Shown here in pieces: positions 7,985-16,859 of a DNA stretch of 40,667 nucleotides (within the stretch, counting starts at the first letter, position 1; every line of letters starts with the position of its first letter). The position numbers and the translations under genes are program-made. The stretch spans positions 1 to 40,667 of IMG/VR virus record IMGVR_UViG_3300023218_000085, one strand, 5' to 3'. Origin of the DNA: a virus. Lineage: Duplodnaviria; Caudoviricetes. The notes under the pieces were generated by a model that saw nothing but the letters and a program-made list of their open reading frames with translations, had not been told where the DNA came from and did not search any database.

Positions 7985-8126
7985 AGTCCCCAACCGTTAT
8001 GACCCAAACGTGTAACGGCTGAGGGTACTCAATTGGACAGGGTGCTTTCGCGAGTACCCCGTCATCATTCGGCTGTTAAGCTGCCCGATGTGGGCGGCGA
8101 AAGCCACCTCACACACCCCACTACCG

Positions 8127-8399
8127 CTAGCTTGCGACGGCGTCCGGTAGTGGGGTGTTGTGTTGCCCCTCGTCTACCAACACGAGCAAATCGCCCGGCT
8201 GGCAATTAAGGTAAGTGCAAAGTATTGCCACTGTTTCGTAATCCATGCGGGTGACTTCGTTGCGCGCCCAATGGTCAATGGTGTAGCGCGAGAGGCCTGT
8301 TTCTTCAGCAGCGAGCGTCTGCGTGATCTTACGTCGCTCACGCCTTCCCTTTTCCGCCATGAGTTCTTTCAGGCGGTTTTGCAATATGTAAGACGGCAT
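8127..8399 (-). CDS. XRE/Cro-CI family HTH repressor
   Basis: NRLKELM...ITQTLAAEETGLSRYTIDHWARNEVTRMDYETVAILCTYLNCQPGDLL; GGAGG RBS before ATG at 8399; divergent from the early operon. Confidence 0.88.
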   Translation of the reverse strand: MPSYILQNRLKELMAEKGRRERRKITQTLAAEETGLSRYTIDHWARNEVTRMDYETVAILCTYLNCQPGDLLVLVDEGQHNTPLPDAVAS

Positions 8400-8426
8400 A
8401 GCGCCTCCCTTCGATTTACAAGATAG

Positions 8427-8455
8427 ATAATACATGCAATGGTTCAGTGCGTCAA
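8427..8455 (-). promoter_or_regulatory. Promoter for the repressor gene
   Basis: Minus strand TTGACG-17 bp-TATTAT. Confidence 0.7.
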
Positions 8456-8592
8456 CATTGTTTGATAGCTATAACCTGCAAAGCGGTAACTACTCGGAAA
8501 TTCCGAGTAGTTACCGCTTTGGCGTCAAGCTCGTCATCAATACATGCAATGGTTCAGTGCGTCAACATTGTTTGATAGCTATAACCTGCAAA
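8429..8592. repeat. 54-bp perfect direct repeat (8429-8482 and 8539-8592) enclosing a 43-bp palindrome (8479-8521)
   Basis: AATACATGCAATGG...ATAACCTGCAAA occurs twice, 110 bp apart; palindrome CAAAGCGGTAACTACTCGGAA-A-TTCCGAGTAGTTACCGCTTTG. Confidence 0.95.
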
Positions 8593-8627
8593 ATTGCAGT
8601 TGACGCGATCAAGAAACCGTGTAAAAT
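8586..8627 (+). promoter_or_regulatory. Rightward early promoter with adjacent operator-like palindrome
   Basis: TTGACG (8600-8605)-16 bp-TAAAAT (8622-8627); CTGCAA-AA-TTGCAG at 8586-8599. Confidence 0.6.
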
Positions 8628-8719
8628 GATAGACATAGCAATTAAACAAAAACCCCCTCCCGCCGACAGAGCTACCAACTTTCCCGGCGAAGGGGGCATC
8701 ACGAAAGGACATACCAGTT

Positions 8720-8983
8720 ATGACTCTGGCTCAAGCCCTCTTGGAGAGTATATTCCACTTCCCCGCAACTATCAAGGAAGAGGCCCCGGCAACGGGTGCC
8801 ATCCTGCGTGCTGGCGACACGGCGATGGCGTGCGACACGGCACTGTACGGGTCGCCGCTCGTTCATCTGACCGTGTTGGAGCGCGACGGCGATTACATCC
8901 GCGTCTACGAGGTGTTCCCCGGCGGCGCCGTGTCCACCAACTGGACGCCCGACAGCCACTTCACTCGCGTGGAGGTGCTGTAA
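8720..8983 (+). CDS. Hypothetical early protein
   Basis: AAAGGA RBS; first of a series of overlap-coupled small ORFs. Confidence 0.65.
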   Translation: MTLAQALLESIFHFPATIKEEAPATGAILRAGDTAMACDTALYGSPLVHLTVLERDGDYIRVYEVFPGGAVSTNWTPDSHFTRVEVL

Positions 8984-9165
8984 TGCGAACCGTTCTTGTG
9001 GACGCCAACGGCGGCCCGATGGTGGCCGTCTCGTTTTACAGCACAACGGCGCGCTGTGTGGCGTTGCCGCCGATTGTGGTGCCACTCGCGGCGCTAGAAT
9101 ACGTGCTGCTCGTCGCGATGACGCGCTACGGCTTTGACCGTGGCGCGCGAATTGAGGTGCTGTGA
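8983..9165 (+). CDS. Hypothetical early protein (MRTVLVDANGG..., 60 aa)
   Basis: TAATG coupling and GGAGG RBS; corresponds to the 3' end of track ORF 8434..9165. Confidence 0.6.
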   Translation: MRTVLVDANGGPMVAVSFYSTTARCVALPPIVVPLAALEYVLLVAMTRYGFDRGARIEVL

Positions 9166-9377
9166 TGTACGACATCGCCGACCGCGCCGACCGCGCGCTG
9201 GACGCGCAAGACGACCACGGCGCGGCCCGCCCGATGACGCCGCCGGAGTACGCGGCGTGGCGTTCGCAACGTCTACGTCAGCATGATTTGCTCGCCTACG
9301 GCAACGTGAATCGCACCTACCTCGATGTGTGTGTGGCGCGCGACGTTGCGCGCATCTTGGCGGGTGGTGTATCATGA
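9162..9377 (+). CDS. Hypothetical early protein
   Basis: GTGA overlap, GAGG RBS. Confidence 0.6.
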   Translation: MMYDIADRADRALDAQDDHGAARPMTPPEYAAWRSQRLRQHDLLAYGNVNRTYLDVCVARDVARILAGGVS

Positions 9378-9652
9378 GCCTGAAGCATACCCGCCAGCGG
9401 CGTACCCACACCCCCGTCATCCCACATTGCGACGTTACCGACTACGACCCCGACAGCGCCTACCCGTGCCCGGCTTGCGGTTGCGCGATGGATACTGCGT
9501 GGCAGCCGAAGGAATATCGCGACAGTAGCGGCGCGTGGCAGGAAGACCCCAATGCGGGGTACCCGATTGCCACGTGCCGCAACCCCGCGTGCGACCGATG
9601 CGGGTCTACCCATTCCTTGGCCAATGATGATGCGTGGAGGCTGGCGTCATGA
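9374..9652 (+). CDS. Small Zn-finger protein
   Basis: ATGA overlap; CPACG...CRNPACDRC. Confidence 0.65.
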   Translation: MSLKHTRQRRTHTPVIPHCDVTDYDPDSAYPCPACGCAMDTAWQPKEYRDSSGAWQEDPNAGYPIATCRNPACDRCGSTHSLANDDAWRLAS

Positions 9653-9876
9653 CCGCCTACAAGAATACGACCACCGGTCACTATGAGACAGATTGGACGA
9701 CACTCAACGCCTCCGGCGTGGAGCCGGAGACAGATGAGCCGGACGCGGTGGCATACAACACCTGGCTGTGGCTGTTGGAGCGTCGCGACCTGTGCCGGGC
9801 GGCACACGCGACGGAGATGCAGCGGGGGACCGCCCGCGACCCACACGTAACCAGTGTGATGCGTGACGGCGGGTGA
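9649..9876 (+). CDS. Hypothetical early protein
   Basis: ATGA overlap, GGAGG RBS. Confidence 0.55.
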   Translation: MTAYKNTTTGHYETDWTTLNASGVEPETDEPDAVAYNTWLWLLERRDLCRAAHATEMQRGTARDPHVTSVMRDGG

Positions 9877-9914
9877 TTGCCCGCCGCCCGGTGAAGATAC
9901 AGGAGGTGGCGTAA

Positions 9915-10688
9915 ATGTTGACCCGCGAAGATGCACAAAAGCTCGCCCGTCGCTTCTCGGCGGATGAGCATGAGGCCCGTGAGGGCGGAAAGACACGCGG
10001 CGGCGATAACTCGTTGTGGCTGTTCTACATTGAAGAAGGGGCGGTCATAGAGCGCCTGAACGAAGTTGACCCGGCGTGGTCGCTGGAAATCACGCGCACA
10101 ACGCATCATGACGGGTACGTGTCCACGTATGGCACGCTCACAGTGAAGGGCGTGTCTCGTTCTGGCGTGGGCACGAACAGCCCTAGCCGGACGGGGGACG
10201 CCATCGGAGAAAACGAAGAGAAAGGCGCGGCAACTGACCTTTTAAAGCGGCTGGCGCGATTGTTCGGCGTGGGGTTGTACCTCAAGAAATCGCCACGGGT
10301 GTACCTGGACGCCACGCTTAAGCCGTGGGAGGCGCAAAAGCAGGCGCTCAGCAAGCTGGAGCAATGGCTTGAGGGCGCGTCGCCATCAGGTCCACCGGCG
10401 CGTCGCCGCCAGCCGGAGCCGGTGGATTGGGGGAAGTACAGCGTCTATGTGAGCGAATTCGGCCTCACAATAAACGACGTGCAGCAACACGCTGGGGAGG
10501 ATTTAGCAGTCGTTGCAAAACGTGATGGAAAAGTGCGGTTGATGGCACTAGCTGAAGAAACCGCTGAGGCAAAGCAGACGCGCGCCGAGGCGGATGCAGC
10601 ACACGACGTTGTGCCGCCGGAAAGCGAAACAGATATGCTTGGCGAGGTGCCGCCGCCGGAGCTGGACCCGGAGCGGTTTACGGGGTAG
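9915..10688 (+). CDS. Rad52/Rad22-like single-strand annealing protein (Sak type)
   Basis: LARRF...LFYIEEGAVIERLNEV...W...RSGVG...EKGAATDLLKRLARLFGVGLYL; AGGAGG RBS. Confidence 0.85.
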   Translation: MLTREDAQKLARRFSADEHEAREGGKTRGGDNSLWLFYIEEGAVIERLNEVDPAWSLEITRTTHHDGYVSTYGTLTVKGVSRSGVGTNSPSRTGDAIGENEEKGAATDLLKRLARLFGVGLYLKKSPRVYLDATLKPWEAQKQALSKLEQWLEGASPSGPPARRRQPEPVDWGKYSVYVSEFGLTINDVQQHAGEDLAVVAKRDGKVRLMALAEETAEAKQTRAEADAAHDVVPPESETDMLGEVPPPELDPERFTG

Positions 10689-10727
10689 CGGGATGAGGAG
10701 CCGCGCCCGGCACCGAGCAGGCCTCGC

Positions 10728-10755
10728 ACCGCCCGCAAGCAGCGGGCGGTTTTCT
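10728..10755 (+). terminator. Rho-independent terminator
   Basis: ACCGCCCGC-aagca-GCGGGCGGT followed by TTTCTGTT. Confidence 0.75.
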
Positions 10756-10844
10756 GTTGTATATTAGCATATTCGTACCCCTTCCCCGCCCGGATATGTT
10801 ATACTTATCCCAACTATATCCCAAGTTCCCCGCAAGGTGCCCTC

Positions 10845-11210
10845 ATGCCGAGACCCATTGAGCGACAAATCGCCCTCCCCAGCTTCATTCAGCGCCACGC
10901 AACGACGATGACGTTGCGCACGCCGTACAATCCCCTCAATTTTGCGGTGTATCGGCGCGGCAACATCGTCGCCACCCGTGACGCCTCCGGCGCGCTGGTC
11001 GAGCAGGCGCGGTGCGCGTCGTGCCGGGAGTGGAAGCCCGCGCACCACTTCCCGCCGGTGGGCAATAGCACGAGCGGGGTGCGCTGTGACTGCTATGAGT
11101 GCTACAACGCTAAGCGTCGCACCCCCCACCGGCGGGAGTACATGCGCGATTACATGCGGAAGCGGCGCCACTACCAGCGCGTGGGGCGCGGGGGCGCCCG
11201 GCAAGGGTAG
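10845..11210 (+). CDS. Zn-finger basic protein (possible late regulator)
   Basis: CASC...K...F...CYEC plus a basic tail; sits just before the packaging genes. Confidence 0.6.
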   Translation: MPRPIERQIALPSFIQRHATTMTLRTPYNPLNFAVYRRGNIVATRDASGALVEQARCASCREWKPAHHFPPVGNSTSGVRCDCYECYNAKRRTPHRREYMRDYMRKRRHYQRVGRGGARQG

Positions 11211-11242
11211 CAACTGTTAACACCACAGACAGCCCCCGCGCG

Positions 11243-11545
11243 TGGTATAGTAGGGGCGAGGGTCGTGGTGGACTCTCAGTACGCAACGCGCGCTTTCGGG
11301 CGCGTTTTTGCGTATGGGTGTGCTCCTTATGTGTGGCGACTCCCGCTCAGCAGTGCGGGCGCTGGGCGGGGTGGATGGCGGCGGCTGCCTCGCCGACCGA
11401 CCGCGCGCTAACGAGGTGCAAGGTGCGCGCGGCAACACCACGGGGCCGAACCGCGTTCGACTCGCGGCGGCTCCACACCCCCGGCGGGCGGGTCACTCAC
11501 AACCGACAACTTCCCGTAGAGTTTACCCCAGCTCGCCCGCCGGGA
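11243..11545 (+). ncRNA. Structured non-coding leader upstream of the terminase operon
   Basis: TGGTATAGT extended -10 at 11243-11251, followed by successive hairpins (11280-11314, about 11342-11370, 11401-11432, 11442-11474, about 11480-11544); no credible ORF. Confidence 0.5.
11442..11475 (+). ncRNA. tRNA-Ala/tmRNA-like minihelix
   Basis: GGGGCCG-AA-CCGCG-TTCGACT-CGCGG-CGGCTCC-A: 7-bp acceptor stem with G3:U70, perfect T-arm, discriminator A. Confidence 0.6.
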
Positions 11546-11783
11546 TTTCACATTGAATTGATTACCGCACATTCGATGAATTACAAGAAGTGAAAACAAA
11601 GCTGATAACTCGCCCCCTGGAGAGGCGATTTTGACTCACAGCGGAGGCTCCCATGCAACGATCAACCTCGACAACCCGTCGCGCACCGACTGAGCGCGAC
11701 GACACGACCATCGCCGCGCAGGTTGCCGCCATGTTGCAGCGTCGTGTGGCGCACGGTCGCGAACATGTGAACAGAAATTACCC

Positions 11784-12197
11784 ATGCCAGCCAAGCTAAC
11801 CGAGGCGCAGCGCGACCTCATCATCGACGCCGTGCGCCGCGCGCGCGGCAAGGTGGTGCGCGCGGTGCACCTGCTCCAATCCGCGGACGACGACGCCGTG
11901 CGGATTGGGCGCACGACGTTCTACGCCTACTGCAAGCGGTACGCCACCATTCAAAATGCGCTTGACGCGGCGCGCGCGCGCTACGACGAGGGCTTGCTGG
12001 ATGCGGCGGAGTTAAAGCTGTACGAGGCGGTGGAAAGCGGGGAGGCGTGGGCGATCAAGTACACGTTGAGCACGAAGGGCAAGGCGCGCGGCTACTCCGA
12101 GCGCCAGGAGGTGACGGGCGCCGATGGCGGCGCGCTGACGCTTGACGTTAAGGGCTACACGATGTTCAACCCCGCGGATTGGGACGACGATGCCTAA
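11784..12197 (+). CDS. terS: Terminase small subunit
   Basis: N-terminal HTH; AELKLYEAV...AIKYTLSTKGKARGYSERQEVTGADG; immediately upstream of terL. Confidence 0.85.
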   Translation: MPAKLTEAQRDLIIDAVRRARGKVVRAVHLLQSADDDAVRIGRTTFYAYCKRYATIQNALDAARARYDEGLLDAAELKLYEAVESGEAWAIKYTLSTKGKARGYSERQEVTGADGGALTLDVKGYTMFNPADWDDDA

Positions 12198-13419
12198 CGT
12201 TGTCGCGCCTTACCAGCCGTACCCGTGGCAGGTGGCCGCGCTTAACGACCGGTCGCCGGTGCTGTTGGCGACTGGCTCCGCCGGCGGCGGCAAGTCGCGA
12301 TTTGCCGCGGAGAAGATCAACGCGTTCATGCTCCACTACCCCGGCGCCAGGGGGCTGCTCGTGCGCTACGCGCGCGAGTTTGCGTCGAAGTCGATGGTAC
12401 CGGCCCTGCGGCGGGCGGTGGGTAGTGCGTCGCTGGCACGCTACCTCAAGGCGGAATTGATGTTTGAGTACGCCAACGGGTCGCGCGCGGCGGTGGCTGG
12501 CGTGAAGGACGAAAACCAGCGCCAGGCGCTACGGTCCATCTTCGAGGACGGCGGCGTGGATATGGTGTGGATCGAGGAGGCCAACGCCATTACGTTCGAG
12601 GCGTACCAGGAGATCAAAACGCGAATGCGCGGCAAGGCGGCGCACTGGCGTCAGATTCTGCTGACGACCAACCCGGACGCGCCCGGCCACTGGATTCATC
12701 AAAACCTGATTCTTGGCGGTGAGGCGTCCGTTTACTACTCCAGCGCCGTCGACAACCCGGCCAACCCGCCGGGGTACCAGCAGACGCTCAACAGCCTGAC
12801 GGGCACGCAATACGAGCGGCTTGTGCTGGGCAAGTGGGTCCAGGCCGAGGGGGTTGTCTACGACAACTTCCGTCTGGAGTACAACGTCACGACCGACGCG
12901 GACTACCGCGATGGCGACCCGGTGTATTGGGGTGTTGACGACGGCTACGCGGCGGGTGGCGGCGTTGGCACGCCCGGCCATCACCCGCGCGTGGTGTTGT
13001 TTGCCCAACAGCGCAGCGGCGGTCGTATCGACGTCTTCGACGAGATTTACGAGACGCTGGAGTTACCGGAGGCGACCCTCGCCGCGGCCCTTGCCAGGCC
13101 TTACGCCGCCCCTCGGCTGGTGCGGGTGGACAGCAGCGCGACCGTGTTCCGCCGCCGACTGGGCGAGGCCGGGCTGCGCAACACCGGCGCCACCCACGCG
13201 GTCACCGAAGGCATCAAGGTGGTGCGGCGTTTCATCGGCGATGGGCAGGGCGTGCGCCAGTTGCGCATTCACCCGCGCTGCGCCAACTTGATTCGTGAGT
13301 TGCAATCCTACCGCTACGATGACCGCAAGGCCGCCGTGGTCGGGGGCGAGCGCCCGCCACTCAAACAAGACGACCACGCGCCCGACGCGCTACGCTACCT
13401 GCTTTGGCAATGGAGATAA
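12190..13419 (+). CDS. terL: Terminase large subunit (PBSX-like)
   Basis: Walker A GSAGGGKS, Walker B WIEEA, LTTNP, nuclease motifs GVDDG and DDHAPDALRY; start MPNVV at 12190. Confidence 0.93.
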   Translation: MPNVVAPYQPYPWQVAALNDRSPVLLATGSAGGGKSRFAAEKINAFMLHYPGARGLLVRYAREFASKSMVPALRRAVGSASLARYLKAELMFEYANGSRAAVAGVKDENQRQALRSIFEDGGVDMVWIEEANAITFEAYQEIKTRMRGKAAHWRQILLTTNPDAPGHWIHQNLILGGEASVYYSSAVDNPANPPGYQQTLNSLTGTQYERLVLGKWVQAEGVVYDNFRLEYNVTTDADYRDGDPVYWGVDDGYAAGGGVGTPGHHPRVVLFAQQRSGGRIDVFDEIYETLELPEATLAAALARPYAAPRLVRVDSSATVFRRRLGEAGLRNTGATHAVTEGIKVVRRFIGDGQGVRQLRIHPRCANLIRELQSYRYDDRKAAVVGGERPPLKQDDHAPDALRYLLWQWR

Positions 13420-13423
13420 TCCC

Positions 13424-15358
13424 GTGACCCTCACCCGCGCGCTCGCACAGAGCGTACAGCGCCGCCACCAAGCCTATCAATTCCGTGCCACGGGCGATTA
13501 TTTCATCGGTCGTCGCACGGCGCTGCTGCCGCGGCGCGGGACGCTCGCCCGCGAGTACGCGCTTCACCAGCTGTACTACAACGACCACAGCTTGATTTTC
13601 CGAAGCGCGGTCGCCGGGCTGATTAAGCGTATCCAATCCACGCCCTGGGAGCTTTCGGGCGAGCGCGCGGCACAGTACCAAACCATGCTGCTCCAGGCGG
13701 ATTTGGGGGCCGGCTGGGAAACGTTCCTGTCGCGGGTTCTCATCCCGTTTTTCCGCGCGGACGTGGGCGGCATGATCGAGATCATCGGCCCCGGTGACCC
13801 GGCGAAGGCGCTCCTGGGCGCACCGGTCGGCATTGCCGCGCTCAACGCGCTGTACGTGCAGCCCACCGGCGACCCGATTTACCCGGCAATTTACAGCGGT
13901 CGCGACGGCTGGCACAAATTGCACCGCACACGGGTGGTGCAGGTGGCCGACGCGGTGGACAGCGACAACGACGGCCTGATCGGGTACGGCGACTGCGCGC
14001 TCAGCCGGTACGCGGCGGCGGCGATGCGCGATGTGCATATGAGCCGCTACGTTGAGACGTTCCTCGACGACAAGCCGTTGCCGGGCTTTCTGCTGTTTAA
14101 AAACGTCACGCGCGACCAAGAGGAGGCGGCGATGAGCCGCATGGTGCGCGACATGATGCGCGATGACGGCGGGGACTACGGGCGCACGGCGGTGTTGACC
14201 GACATCGCCACAGACACCCCTGCCGGGGTGGAGCACTTCGCGTTCCAGGGTGCGCCGGAAAAATTCGATTTCTCGGCCTACACCGAGTTGAACGTCAAGT
14301 TGGTGGCGCTCGCGCTGGGCGTGGATATACAGGACGTGTGGGAGCTGACCGGCGGTGGCATCGGCACCGGCACGCAGTCGGAAATTCTCGCGCAAAAGAG
14401 CCGGGGCAAGGCGCTGGGCCGGCTGCTGAAAACGGTCGAGCGCGTCGTCAACCAGACGTTGCCGCACGGCGTTGACTTTGCGTTCCAGTACCAGGACGAG
14501 AACGAGGACCGCGCGCGCGCCGAGCTGGCCGAGGCGTGGGGCCGCTTTCTGGCAAGCGCCGACCTGCCCGACGAGGTGCGGGTGCAGGTGCTGGCCAACC
14601 AGGTGCCGGCGGTGCGCGACGCCTACCGTGACCTGGACCAGCAGGCAGCCCGGCTTAACGACACGGACCCGGTGGACCTTGGCGTCGGCGACACCGAGGA
14701 AGTTGCCAACGAGGGCGCGTCGCTGGTGACGGTCGAACGCGCGTTCGTGCCGAATACGCGCCGAATGCGCAATCTGCTTCAGCGCGTGCATCGCGCGGTG
14801 CGACTGCCGCTTGTGCCGCGCGCGGCGGCGCGGCTGCTGATGCGCAACGGTCTGCGTGGTATCGGCAACCAGGTAGCGCGCGACGGCATGGCCGACGCCG
14901 GGATGAACACCGCCGACCGGCTGGCGCGCACCGAGGCGGTGGTGGGGCCGTGGCTGCGCGCGCAGGAGACATTCATCAACCAGCTGCTCGACAGCTTTGA
15001 GGCGCAGGCGTTTACCGACAGCGACCTTAACCAGCGCGCGGAGCTGTGGGTGAACAAGTCGCTGCGGGATTTGTATTACCTTGGCGCCGAGGAAGGGGCC
15101 GACCGCGCGCAGTATTGGCGGTGGGTCATCGATCCGGCCAAAGAGAACTGCCCGACGTGTGTCCTTCTTAACAACCAGGTACACCGCTACAGCACGTACA
15201 AACGCTACGGGTTGTACCCCGGCTCAACCGCGCTGGCGTGCGGGGGCTGGGCCTGTGGTTGCCGGCTTGAGAAGATGCCGCCGGGAACGCGCGCACGTGG
15301 CAACTTGCGCCGGGCGCGCGCGACGGCCAAGGCGCACAGCCACAAGGCGGCAGCATGA
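13424..15358 (+). CDS. Portal protein fused to a C-terminal MuF-like head morphogenesis domain
   Basis: Position after terL; GTG at 13424 with GGAG RBS; C-terminal WRW...NCPTC...CGGWACGCRL typical of MuF/gp7. Confidence 0.75.
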   Translation: MTLTRALAQSVQRRHQAYQFRATGDYFIGRRTALLPRRGTLAREYALHQLYYNDHSLIFRSAVAGLIKRIQSTPWELSGERAAQYQTMLLQADLGAGWETFLSRVLIPFFRADVGGMIEIIGPGDPAKALLGAPVGIAALNALYVQPTGDPIYPAIYSGRDGWHKLHRTRVVQVADAVDSDNDGLIGYGDCALSRYAAAAMRDVHMSRYVETFLDDKPLPGFLLFKNVTRDQEEAAMSRMVRDMMRDDGGDYGRTAVLTDIATDTPAGVEHFAFQGAPEKFDFSAYTELNVKLVALALGVDIQDVWELTGGGIGTGTQSEILAQKSRGKALGRLLKTVERVVNQTLPHGVDFAFQYQDENEDRARAELAEAWGRFLASADLPDEVRVQVLANQVPAVRDAYRDLDQQAARLNDTDPVDLGVGDTEEVANEGASLVTVERAFVPNTRRMRNLLQRVHRAVRLPLVPRAAARLLMRNGLRGIGNQVARDGMADAGMNTADRLARTEAVVGPWLRAQETFINQLLDSFEAQAFTDSDLNQRAELWVNKSLRDLYYLGAEEGADRAQYWRWVIDPAKENCPTCVLLNNQVHRYSTYKRYGLYPGSTALACGGWACGCRLEKMPPGTRARGNLRRARATAKAHSHKAAA

Positions 15359-16119
15359 CGTTTTCAACAGTCACGCACAACGGGGTGACGTTTCAGGCGT
15401 CACCCATCCGGCCAAGTCGCCGGGACGACAAAAAGTACGAGCGCACCGTGCGCTACAAGGGGCGTGAGCGCGTCGTGCACTGGGGCCAGCCGGGCGAGCA
15501 GATGGAACGTGACCACCCCGACGCGCGGGCGAACTTCAACGCCCGCCACAGGTGCGAGACGGCGACCGACCCCTTTAGCGCCCGACTGCACGCGTGCGTG
15601 GCGTGGCGGCCCAGCACGGTGTTGCCCGGCAGCAAGGCGCCCGCCGTGACGGTCGTGCGCAACCGGGCCGGCAAGCGCGGCATGTTCCTGGTGGCGTCCA
15701 ACGCGTACCGGGACCGCGAGCTCGATATCGTCATGGAGGCGGCGCTCAAGCAATACGTGGCGACCTTCACCGGCAACGCCCTGAAGTTCTGGCACACTGG
15801 CCACCCTATCGGTCGGATTGTGACCGCTGAAATGGTGGGGCCGTTTTTGGTGGAGACGGCAGAGGAGGGCGACAATCGTGTGATTATCACCCGTACCGCA
15901 GACGGGGCCGGCACGCGTGTTACCACCGTGAAGGCCGTGTGGGACGAGATCGAGGCGGCGTCGGACGTGTACAACGCGGCGTCGATTGGCTTTCAGTACC
16001 GGATGGGGGACAAGGGCGAGGACCGCGCGTTTCGGCGCATCTACAAACATGAGACCAGCGTTTTGCCGCACGACGCGGCGGCAAACGCGTATACCTATGT
16101 GGAGGTAACACGTGAGTGA
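15355..16119 (+). CDS. Prohead protease-like protein with an extra N-terminal basic domain
   Basis: ASNAYRDRELDIV...FWH...PIG...ASIGF...ETSVLP..AAN fits the HK97-type protease pattern; synteny. Confidence 0.7.
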   Translation: MTFSTVTHNGVTFQASPIRPSRRDDKKYERTVRYKGRERVVHWGQPGEQMERDHPDARANFNARHRCETATDPFSARLHACVAWRPSTVLPGSKAPAVTVVRNRAGKRGMFLVASNAYRDRELDIVMEAALKQYVATFTGNALKFWHTGHPIGRIVTAEMVGPFLVETAEEGDNRVIITRTADGAGTRVTTVKAVWDEIEAASDVYNAASIGFQYRMGDKGEDRAFRRIYKHETSVLPHDAAANAYTYVEVTRE

Positions 16120-16849
16120 CACAACGACACTGATGGACCGGCTGCGCACGGCGCTGACCGGCGAGGAGCGGCGACGTAAGTTGCAGCTGACGGCGGAGGA
16201 ATTGGACAAGCGCGGGATTGAGCGCAAGGGGTTGGACTTGCCGCAGACGCTGAGCGTCAGCAAGGAGTTGGCGGCGGCGATGGTCGGCGCGCGCAAAATG
16301 ACTGAGGATGACGTTGCCGAGATGGTGGAAGGTCTCACAGAGGCCATGATGGCGACCATGGACGAGAAGGGCTACGCCACCGACGACAATCGCGACGACA
16401 TGCGCAAGGCCGTTCTGGACGTGACAGAACGCATGTTGGGCCAGATGCGCGACGACGCCGAGATGATGGCAGACGACGAGATGGCGGGCGACGACGACGC
16501 GAAGATGGCAGACGACGAGATGGCCAGGTCGCTCAAGGCGATGGGCGCGCAGCTGGACGAGCTGGGCACGGCGGTCAAGGCGATGGACGAGCTGGGCACG
16601 GCGGTCGTGACGATGGCGGAAGGCTTCGCCGCGTTTGTTGACGCGCAAAGTGAGCAGGCCGCCACCACCAAGCAGTTGCGCGACGACTTGGATACGGTGT
16701 TGGCGCAACTGCGCCAGACACCGCGCCAGGCGTCCAAGACCACCGAGACCGTCGTCACCGACGACGACACCGCCCTTGCGCCCGCCTCCTCGGCGGCCAA
16801 GGTTCAGGAGATGATTGATAAATACGGGTACGACCCGACCAGACCATAG
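16112..16849 (+). CDS. Capsid scaffolding protein
   Basis: Acidic, helical, with short internal repeats; between protease and capsid genes. Confidence 0.65.
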   Translation: MSDTTTLMDRLRTALTGEERRRKLQLTAEELDKRGIERKGLDLPQTLSVSKELAAAMVGARKMTEDDVAEMVEGLTEAMMATMDEKGYATDDNRDDMRKAVLDVTERMLGQMRDDAEMMADDEMAGDDDAKMADDEMARSLKAMGAQLDELGTAVKAMDELGTAVVTMAEGFAAFVDAQSEQAATTKQLRDDLDTVLAQLRQTPRQASKTTETVVTDDDTALAPASSAAKVQEMIDKYGYDPTRP

Positions 16850-16859
16850 GAGGGGCATA

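Noticed and set aside
8429-8592. Canonical CRISPR array
   Set aside because: Only two 54-bp units, which contain promoter elements, and the insert is a palindrome; kept as an unexplained repeat.
8434-8982. 5' part of the 243-aa track ORF 8434..9165
   Set aside because: It runs through promoters and repeats and overlaps a better ORF; only 8983-9165 has an RBS and coupling.
13361-15184. Long antisense ORFs (e.g. 607 aa here, 6647..7642, 30275..31570)
   Set aside because: Shadow frames of high-GC genes on the opposite strand, with no motifs or RBS.
16554-16606. 23-bp repeat with 30-bp period
   Set aside because: In-frame duplication (DELGTAV twice) within the scaffold gene.
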